Of a stretch of 64,000 nt of DNA, positions 57,226-64,000 are shown one piece after another. The notes under the pieces are model-generated. The model made no database searches. It worked only from the letters and a program-made list of their open reading frames with translations, and was not told the origin of the DNA. Each line of letters opens with the position of its first letter. Positions within the stretch are counted from its first letter, which is position 1. The stretch lies in NCBI GenBank assembly GCA_963813225.1, contig CAWEYB010000001.1, forward strand, positions 1,408,362 through 1,472,361, in the 5' to 3' direction. The DNA comes from an uncultured Chloroflexia bacterium. GTDB taxonomy: Bacteria > Chloroflexota > Limnocylindria > Limnocylindrales > CSP1-4. Both the position numbers and the translations under genes were made by a program.

Positions 57226-57697
57226 GTGCCCGGTGAGGCCCTCCTGATCGGGATCGCGACGATCGCCGTCGTCGTGGCCGGTTTCGCAGCGATCGCACCC
57301 GGACTCGCGTCGGACAGGGCGGGCTGGGCCATCGGGCAGCGGTATCGGCTCCGCGAGCATCGTATCCACGAGCTTCAACGTGACGTTCGAGAGCCTGCTG
57401 CCTGCGGTGCTCTTCCCCGCTCTCAACGACGCACGAACGGCGATCGTCGTCTCGAGCGCCCTGGTCTTTCTGTATTGCCTATTCGTCATCGGCACCCGGT
57501 ATCGACAGCTGGTCCAGTCGGGTGTGCCCTGGGTCCGCTGGACGCAGTTCGTCGTCGCCTCGGGGATCACCGCGACAGCCCTGTTCGGACTGAACGCCCT
57601 GGTCTTCGCGTCCCTCACCGTCTACGCCCTCGCCCTGTGCCTCCAGCTGTCCGTGGCCGCCATCAGCTTCTATTCGCTGGCGGCCACCGCCGAGTGA
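57226..57697 (+). pseudogene. hypothetical 4-TM membrane protein, one +1 frame break near 57357
   Basis: Track 57226..58137 gives the N-terminal helix (MPGEALLIGIATIAVVVAGFAAIAPGL...GQRYRLR). The rest (...TFESLLPAVLFPALNDARTAIVVSSALVFLYCLFVIG...SFYSLAATAE) is track 57380..57697. Confidence 0.55.
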
Positions 57698-58137
57698 CAC
57701 GTATCAGGCGCTTCGATCACGTCGGCATCACGGTCGCAGATCTCGACGCGGCGACGACGTTCTTCGTCGGGTTGGGTTTCGAGATCGAGGGCAGGATGGT
57801 CATGGAGGGCGGATTCGTCGACACCGTCATCGGCATCCCCGACTCCCGAAGCGAGATCGTGATGCTGCGGCCGCCCGACGGAGGAACGGGGCTGGAGCTC
57901 TCGAGCTTCATCCAGCCCGACCACGAACCGGGATCGCCCGAGGCCATGTCCACCGAGCTGGGGTTGCGCAACGTCATGTTCGAGGTGGACGACCTCGACG
58001 CGATCCTCGACCGGCTGGCCGCGGACGGCTACGGGCTGGTCGGCGGCATCGGTCAGTACGAGCACATCTGGCGCATGGCGTACGTCCGCGGACCCGAAGG
58101 GATCATCGTGGCCTTGGCCGAGCGTCTCGAACAGTGA
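57694..58137 (+). CDS. VOC family protein (glyoxalase-like)
   Basis: GTG 57694 forms a GTGA overlap with the upstream stop. VTRIRRFDHVGITVADLDAATTFFVGLGFEIEGR...LRNVMFEVDDLDAILDRLAADGYGLVGG is the end of track 57226..58137. Confidence 0.8.
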   Translation: MTRIRRFDHVGITVADLDAATTFFVGLGFEIEGRMVMEGGFVDTVIGIPDSRSEIVMLRPPDGGTGLELSSFIQPDHEPGSPEAMSTELGLRNVMFEVDDLDAILDRLAADGYGLVGGIGQYEHIWRMAYVRGPEGIIVALAERLEQ

Positions 58138-58141
58138 TTCG

Positions 58142-58735
58142 ATGGCCCGGCTGAGCGTCATCAACTTCCAGTCGCTGGACGGCGTCATCCAGTCCGTCCT
58201 GTCCCCTGACGAAGATCGCGACGACGGCTTCGGCCACGGCGGCTGGGTGCTGCCGTACACCGACAAGACCGTCGCAGACTTCATGCAACGGCAGACGGTC
58301 GCGGCCGGCGGTCTCCTCCTCGGCCGAAGGACATACGAGGCATTCGCCGCCGTGTGGCCGTACGCCGACCAGACCGAGCCGGCGGTCGCCGCGATGAACC
58401 GGATCCCGAAGTACGTTGCCTCGACCACGCTCACCGAAACGTCCTGGGCCAACACGGTGGTGCTCGGCAGTGACGTCCCCGCAGCGGTCGCGCGGCTGAA
58501 GGAGAACCCGGGCGACGACCTTGTCGTGTTCGGCAGCAGCGTGCTTTTGCGGACCTTGCTGGCGCACGATCTGGTCGACACGCTGCACCTGTTGACGTTT
58601 CCGATCGTGCTGGGTTCGGGCAAGCGGATGTTCTCCGACCTGCCGGCGCCGCTGCGCTTCACGCTGACCGGGACGACGACGTCGGCTTCAGGTGTCGTCG
58701 TCAACAGCTACGTCCGCGATGAGTTCGAGGACTGA
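58142..58735 (+). CDS. dihydrofolate reductase family protein (RibD C-terminal domain, YwjB-like)
   Basis: Intact track ORF. Matching stretches: SLDGV..., LLLGRRTYEAFAAVWP, KYVASTTL, DLVVFGSSVLLRTLLAHDLVDTLHLLTFPIVLGSGKRMF. Confidence 0.82.
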   Translation: MARLSVINFQSLDGVIQSVLSPDEDRDDGFGHGGWVLPYTDKTVADFMQRQTVAAGGLLLGRRTYEAFAAVWPYADQTEPAVAAMNRIPKYVASTTLTETSWANTVVLGSDVPAAVARLKENPGDDLVVFGSSVLLRTLLAHDLVDTLHLLTFPIVLGSGKRMFSDLPAPLRFTLTGTTTSASGVVVNSYVRDEFED

Positions 58736-58750
58736 CCCTCGACGGGACAT

Positions 58751-59401
58751 TCAGTGGCCAAACGCCCAAGCCACCATGAGCGGAAACTCTTCCTGCCAGA
58801 ACACACCGCCGTGCGAGCCGGGACGCTCTCGCATCAAGACATCAGCACCCGCGTCATGGAGCGCGCGCGCCCAACGTTCGGCGTTTGCGAGGAAGAACGG
58901 CTCGTCCGTGCCGGCGACGAGGTACGTCCGCGGGATCCTCGTCGGCATGTCGTCGGGTGGTCGGTAGCCGCCTCCCGGAGAAGCGCAGAAGATCGCGGCG
59001 TAGGTGTCGGGGTGGCGAAGGCCGAGGGCGAGCGCCAGCTCTCCGCTCGCGGAGACACCGCAGACCGCGGTGCGGTTCGCGGGTAGCGAGACATCGAACC
59101 GCTCCCGGACCCATCGAGGCACGTCATGGACGAAGAATCGCTCGTGGGCGTCGAAGCGCTCAGGGTCGAAGCCGGGCGAATACTCGTGCAGCCGCAACGT
59201 CTCATCAGCCAGACGATGGACGCCGACGATCATCGTTGGAGGTAGTCCCGCTGCCTCGAGAACGCCGCCCCACTGCGAGACCAGTTGGCCATCACCGGCG
59301 AAAACGACCGTCCGGGGCGGCTCCTGTGGAACGTACACCGTGACATCCCGGCCGCCGTCGTAGTCCAGCCTGGCGGTGATGAAGCTTCCTTTGACGGACA
59401 T
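58751..59401 (-). CDS. alpha/beta hydrolase, enterochelin-esterase-like 'putative esterase' family
   Basis: ATG 59401 ([25 protein letters not shown]...) lies inside track ORF 58751..60265. The nucleophile elbow is [11 protein letters not shown] (GxSxG). The C-terminus has HGGVFW. Confidence 0.75.
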   Translation of the reverse strand: MSVKGSFITARLDYDGGRDVTVYVPQEPPRTVVFAGDGQLVSQWGGVLEAAGLPPTMIVGVHRLADETLRLHEYSPGFDPERFDAHERFFVHDVPRWVRERFDVSLPANRTAVCGVSASGELALALGLRHPDTYAAIFCASPGGGYRPPDDMPTRIPRTYLVAGTDEPFFLANAERWARALHDAGADVLMRERPGSHGGVFWQEEFPLMVAWAFGH

Positions 59402-59436
59402 CCTCGACGGCTGGTCCGACAGGCGCCTGTGCTGCC

Positions 59437-60115
59437 CTAGTCCACGTACTGCAGTGGCGTGACCACGAAGCCGTCCGGCAGCTTCACGCCGGTCGAGTGG
59501 TTCGGGCAGTAGCCCCGCGGGATTCTTGTCGAGGTACTGCTGGTGGTAGTCCTCGGCGTAGTAGAACGGGAAGGCGGCCCGATCCGCGATCTCGGTCGTG
59601 ATGGGGCCGTAGCCCTTGGCCGACAGGCGCTCCTGGAACATCGCCTTCGAGGCCTCGGCGGCCGCGCGCTGCTCGTCGTCGGCGACGAGGATGATCGAGC
59701 GATAGCTGGAGCCGCGATCATTGCCCTGGCGCATGCCCTGCGTCGGATCGTGGCTCTCCCAGAAGGTCTTGAGCAGCTGCTCGTACGAGACCTTCGATGG
59801 GTCGTACGCGACGAGCACGACCTCGGCGTGGCCGGTGCGGCTGGAGCAGACCTCCTCGTAGGTCGGGTTCGGCGTGTGGCCACCGGCATAGCCGACGGCG
59901 GTCGTCACGACGCCCGGGACCTGCCAGAAGTCCTTCTCGTCGCCCCAGAAGCAGCCGAGGCCGAAGACGGCTGTCTTCGTGCCCTCGGGCCACGGGCCGG
60001 CGAGCGGTGTGCCGAGGACCCGGTGGATCCCCGGGGTCATGATCGGGGCGGAGCGCCCGGGCAGGGCTTCAGCGGGGGAGGGAAGGGTGTCGGGCTTGGT
60101 GGTGAAGAACCTCAT
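59437..60115 (-). CDS. msrA: peptide-methionine (S)-S-oxide reductase MsrA; the last ~25 codons need a +1 frame change near 59518
   Basis: ATG 60115 lies inside track ORF 58751..60265. Motifs: [46 protein letters not shown]. The sense then continues as [28 protein letters not shown] (track 59437..59889). The tracked frame otherwise fuses msrA to the esterase. Confidence 0.88.
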
Positions 60116-60155
60116 GCGCCAACTATAGGCACGACCCATGACGCTGCCGTGACGT

Positions 60156-61809
60156 TCAGCTCCCGCGGGTGACCCTGATGTCGTCGAGCTCGACCTCGAC
60201 GAGATTGCCCGGGCCGCCGTCGGTCGCCACGAAACGAAGGTGGACGGTCGTCCCGGCGAAGGCATCCATCGAGATCGAGGCTGTCCGCCACGCGCCGTCG
60301 ACGTCGGCGTGCTTGCCCGAGACGCGGAAGACCTGGACCTGGCTGCCGTCGGCGCGCTCGACGATCGCGCGCAGCGAATCGGAATACGTCGATGCCGCGC
60401 TGTGGGCGAACACGTAGGCGAAGGTCAGCCGCTGGCCGGTCGTCGCCGGGAGGGTGATGGCCGTCGAACGGATCGTCGTCCGGCCGTCGAGGTCGTTCGC
60501 GGTCGAGGACGAGCCGGCCGCGGCGCCGGTCACGAACGCCTTCGAGCCCGAGCGCGTCGTGGTCAGCTGTTTCGGCCCGTGGCTGGTGGTACCGGCCGGG
60601 TTCGCCCGGACGAACCGCCCGCTGGCCGGTGCCGTATCGGTGCCGTCGGGGTTGACGGTCCAGCCTCGGGCGACCTCGAGGTCGTCGTCGAAGGCGCCGC
60701 AACGGGCCGTCCGGACCGCTGGACCCAGCACCGACAGCGGGCACCATGCCTCTCTCCATCAGGTACAGCACGGCCTCCTTGTTGCGGCCGGTCTCGGAGG
60801 CGATGAGCGAATCGTCGGGGTAGTCGACCGCCGACAGCTCGATCGTGTAGGCAAAGATCCGGTACGTGCCGTACTCGTAGTCGCGCGACGTGCCGGAGTC
60901 GACATACAGGTCGCTCGCCTGCTCGGCCTTGTAGCCGTCCGTGGCGGCCATGTGCTTGCCGATGATCGCCAGGGCGGCGTGGTCCTGGGTCGTCATGTCG
61001 GACGGGACGTCCGTCTTGGTATAGCCGTACGGCCACATCACCAGCCGGCCGTACTCGTGGAACGTGATCGCTGCCCGGATCTGCTGACGGCCGTTGACGA
61101 CCCGACTGGCCATGAAGTCGCGCATGGCGCGGTCCTCTGGCGTCGAGAACGGTTGCGGGCCCTCGGTAGGTGATGGCCCTCGGGTTCGCGCTGGTCTGGG
61201 TACCGCCACCGCCCCAGCGGTAGCTGTAGTTGCGGTTGAGGTCGGTCCCGATGGCGGTCGTGCCGGGCGTTGGCTGGCGGTTCTTGCGCCAGTGAGTGGA
61301 ACGTGCCGCCGGAGATGTCGTACTCGGCGCCATCGGGGTTGACCAGGAAGACGATCCAGATCTCGCGGGTGTTGACGATGGCCGTGATCCGCGGGTCGAC
61401 CCCGTAGCCGTCGGTCAGCCAGTGGAGGATGTGGAGGGTCATCTCGGTCGCCATGTGCTCGTCGGCGTGGTGGGTGCCGTCGAACATGACCTCGGGTTCG
61501 GCCTCGTCGACCGCCGACGTTGTCGGAGATCTTGACCGCCCACAGCTGGCGTCCCTGGTAGCTGGTGCCGATCGAGAAGAGCTTGACGATGTCGGGATGT
61601 GCGGCGGCGACGGCGGCGACCTCGGTCGTCAGCTCGGTGTAGCTGTGGTAGCCCGTGCGACCCGGCGGGAACTCGGTCGCGCTCGCGACGGGGGCGGTCA
61701 GCAGCGTCAGCACGAACGTCGCCATGACCAGCAGCGTGGCCGTCCGGGTCCGACGGGTCGTGGCGGGTGACACGGTCCCAGCATGGCCACCTCGCGCAAG
61801 CCCTGTCAT
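60156..61809 (-). pseudogene. secreted M14 zinc carboxypeptidase (carboxypeptidase T-like) with C-terminal jelly-roll-like domain, four +1 frame breaks
   Basis: There is a signal peptide (ATLLVMATFVLTLLTAPVASA; starts at ATG 61809 or GTG 61773). The protein reads GYHSYTELTTEVAAVAAAHPDIVKLFSIGTSYQGRQLWAVKISDNV / ...PEVMFDGTHHADEHMATEM (HxxE zinc site)...[15 protein letters not shown] / YWRKNRQP...[14 protein letters not shown]...ITYRGP / ...[13 protein letters not shown]...[18 protein letters not shown]...YTIEL... / AWCPLSVLG...[12 protein letters not shown]. Breaks lie near 61518, 61295, 61166 and 60752. Confidence 0.85.
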
Positions 61810-61883
61810 CGACCGGACGACCCAGGCGTGCCCGTGACGGATGTCCGGGTCGGGCGTCGCGGCCCCGGCGATAGGCTTCGGCG

Positions 61884-62710
61884 ATGACCGAGCTCGAGAC
61901 CGTCCTCGCGCAGATCGACACCTGGGGGGCGGACCACGCGGCCGCCGCGGTGCTCGGTCCGGCCGGCGATCCTGGCCACTCGCGGCGATGCCGGACACAG
62001 GTACCGCTGGGCGTCGGTGACGAAGCCGATCACGGCGCTGACCGTGCTGGTCGGGTGCGAGCGCGGGCTGCTCGAGCTCGACGAGCCGGCCGGGCCACCC
62101 GGCGCGACGGTCCGGCACCTGCTGGCGCACGCCTCGGGCCTGCCGTTCGAGGGAGAGACCACGCTCGCCGCGCCCGGGATCGCGACGGATCTACTCGAAT
62201 ACGGGCTTCGACCGGCTCGGCGCGCTGGTGGCCGAGCGGGCCGGTCTGCCGTTCGGGGACGTCGTCCGCGACTGGATCCTCGAGCCGCTCGGGATGGATG
62301 CCACGGCGCTCGTCGAGCGGCCATCGGACGGCCTGCACGGACCGCTGCGGGACCTCGTCGCGTTCGCCGCGGAGTGCCTGCGCCCGACGCTCGTGTCGGA
62401 CGAGACCTTCGCCGCCGCGACGACCGTGGCGTTCCCCGGGCTGGTCGGCGTCGTGCCCGGCGTCGGGCGCTTCGACCCGTGCGATTGGGGCCTCGGCTTC
62501 GAGCTGCACGATGGGAAGGATCCGCACTGGATGGCGCCCGGGAGCAGCCCGGCCACGTTCGGCCACTTCGGCGGCGCCGGGACGTTCTTCTGGGTCGATC
62601 CCGTCGCGGGTCTGGCGACCGTCGTCCTGACCGACCGGGAGTACGGGCCGTGGGCGCTGGCTGCCTGGCCACCGTTCTCCGAGGCCGTGCTCGGGGCGGC
62701 GGGGCGGTAG
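61884..62710 (+). pseudogene. serine hydrolase, beta-lactamase (class C/DD-peptidase-like) family, two +1 frame breaks
   Basis: The protein reads MTELETVLAQIDTWGADHAAAAVLGPAG / ILATRGDAGHRYRWASVTKPITALTVLVG (SxxK)...HLLAHASGLPFEGETTLAAPG / SRRIYSNTGFDRLGALVAERAGLPF...GHFGGAGTFFWVDP... It spans tracks 61884, 62017 and 62228. Breaks lie near 61966 and 62175. Confidence 0.82.
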
Positions 62711-62744
62711 CCTGTCGGGGAACGCCCCACCAGCAAGGAGCACC

Positions 62745-63461
62745 GTGGAGATCACCCCCCGGATCCGTCGGATCGGCACGGGCATCATGAACTCGTACCT
62801 GGTCGAGTCCGACGGCGCGGTCACGATCGTCGATGCCGGCGCGCCGTCGTTCTACGGCGACCTGCCAGCCGAGCTCGCGGCGATGGGACGCACCATCGAG
62901 GACGTGCGCGCGGTCGTGCTGACCCACGGCCACTCGGACCACATCGGCTTCGCCGAGCGGATCCGCCGTGAACGGGGCACGCCGATCCTCGTCCACGAGC
63001 TCGATGCGGCCCTGGCGCGCGGCGAGGTGCCGAACCCGGCCAAGGGGCTCGGGCCGTTCCGGATCGGGCCGCTGACGAGCTTCTTCGTCTATTCGCTGCT
63101 GCACGGCGCGCTGCGCATCCCGCGGATCACCGAGGTCTCGACCTACGGCGATGGCGCGACGCTCGACGTGCCTGGCTCGCCCCGCGTCATCCTCCTGCCC
63201 GGCCATACGCCCGGCAGCGCGGCGCTCCATTTCGGAGGGCACGATGCGCTGCTGATCGGCGACGCGATCGCGACCTATGCGGTGACGACCGGCGTCCACC
63301 GCCCGATGATCGCGCCGTTCAGCGCCGATCCGGTCGAGGCGCTCGCGTCCCTGGGGCGACTCGACGGACTCGAGGCGGGATACGTGCTGCCGGGTCACGG
63401 CCAGGCGTGGACCGGCGGCGTCGCGGCGGCGCTGGCCGAAGTCCGCGCCGCCACGCGTTGA
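62745..63461 (+). CDS. MBL-fold metallo-hydrolase
   Basis: Intact track ORF (GTG start). The metal motif is LTHGHSDHIG (HxHxDH), with a later LLPGHTPGS and LPGHG. Confidence 0.88.
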   Translation: MEITPRIRRIGTGIMNSYLVESDGAVTIVDAGAPSFYGDLPAELAAMGRTIEDVRAVVLTHGHSDHIGFAERIRRERGTPILVHELDAALARGEVPNPAKGLGPFRIGPLTSFFVYSLLHGALRIPRITEVSTYGDGATLDVPGSPRVILLPGHTPGSAALHFGGHDALLIGDAIATYAVTTGVHRPMIAPFSADPVEALASLGRLDGLEAGYVLPGHGQAWTGGVAAALAEVRAATR

Positions 63462-63489
63462 GTCGCACGCGACCGATACCATCCACGTC

Positions 63490-64000
63490 ATGGACTACGG
63501 ACTCTGCCTCCCGAACTTCCCCGACGGGGCCTCGCCCGACGGCATCGAGGCGGCCGCCGACGTCGCTGAGCGGCTCGGCTGGTCGACCGTCTGGACGACC
63601 GACCACATCCTGGTGCCGCACGCAGACACGGCCGACTACGGGCGCATCTACGACGCGATCGTCACCCTGGCGTGGGTCGGTGCCCGGCACCCGAACGTCC
63701 GGCTCGGGACGAGCGTCATCGTCGTCCCGATGCGCAACGCGGTCACCCTGGCCAAGGACCTTGCCACGCTCGATTCGCTGAGCGGCGGCCGGGTCGTGGC
63801 GGGGGTCGGGATCGGCTGGAACGAGACCGAGTTCGCGAACGTCGGCGCCGCCGACCGGTTCCACGCCCGCGGCGCCTACCTCGACGAGAGCATCGCGTTG
63901 TGGCGGCACCTCTGGTCGGGTTCGAGTGAGCCGTTCCACGGCCGCTTCCACACGATCGAGGACTTCGTGTTCGGGCCGTTGCCGGTCCAGTCGCCCCTGC
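63490..64000 (+). CDS. LLM-class (luciferase-like, probably F420-dependent) oxidoreductase, 3' end outside window
   Basis: It is not in the track because there is no stop before the window edge. ATG 63490 gives MDYGLCLPNFPDGASPDGIEAAADVAERLGWSTVWTTDHILVP...VVPMRNAVTLAKDLATLDSLSGGRVVAGVGIGWNETEF... Confidence 0.8.
   Translation, partial: MDYGLCLPNFPDGASPDGIEAAADVAERLGWSTVWTTDHILVPHADTADYGRIYDAIVTLAWVGARHPNVRLGTSVIVVPMRNAVTLAKDLATLDSLSGGRVVAGVGIGWNETEFANVGAADRFHARGAYLDESIALWRHLWSGSSEPFHGRFHTIEDFVFGPLPVQSPL

Overview
This is a very GC-rich chromosomal segment. Third codon positions are almost all G/C, so long spurious antisense ORFs are common. I reconstruct about 65 protein-coding genes, tightly packed, with many ATGA/GTGA start-stop overlaps. 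I found no rRNA, tRNA, CRISPR array, transposase or integrase.

Gene content:
- Core metabolism: aceE, eda, pncA, an inositol monophosphatase, msrA, a glycogen-debranching-type glucosidase and two PQQ-type sugar dehydrogenases.
- Envelope: two paralogous class A PBPs, a GT4 glycosyltransferase, an M14 carboxypeptidase and a serine hydrolase.
- DNA transactions: a FEN-like 5'-3' exonuclease, a bacterial type IB topoisomerase, a 1153-aa nuclease-exonuclease-helicase fusion and a UvrD2-like HRDC helicase.
- Signalling: a KdpE-like response regulator, two soluble paralogous histidine kinases, an ECF sigma/anti-sigma pair and a MarR regulator.
- Transport: CorA, an AI-2E permease, and an ABC-2 exporter with a NEW3-repeat surface protein.
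- A run of small stress-type membrane proteins.

The DUF3090 + SCO1664-family pair, the HRDC-bearing UvrD paralogue and the LLM-type oxidoreductases suggest an Actinomycetota-like high-GC lineage. This is inference only.

The most unusual property of the window as assembled is about 40 single-base reading-frame breaks in at least 24 otherwise well-conserved genes. Almost all behave as +1 insertions, and they cluster in three hot spots. Genes I call 'pseudogene' are frame-disrupted as assembled and may be intact in the organism.

Candidates for under-described biology:
- the Cas4-like nuclease / RNase H-like exonuclease / SF1 helicase fusion;
- the NEW3-repeat protein + ABC-2 operon;
- an unannotated 49-aa zinc-ribbon ORF;
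- 11-bp-phased AT-rich heptamer repeats in the promoters of the orphan two-component genes;
- an orphan 526-aa two-TM protein.

All coordinates were derived by hand from the sequence. Frame-break positions are approximate (about +/-15 nt).
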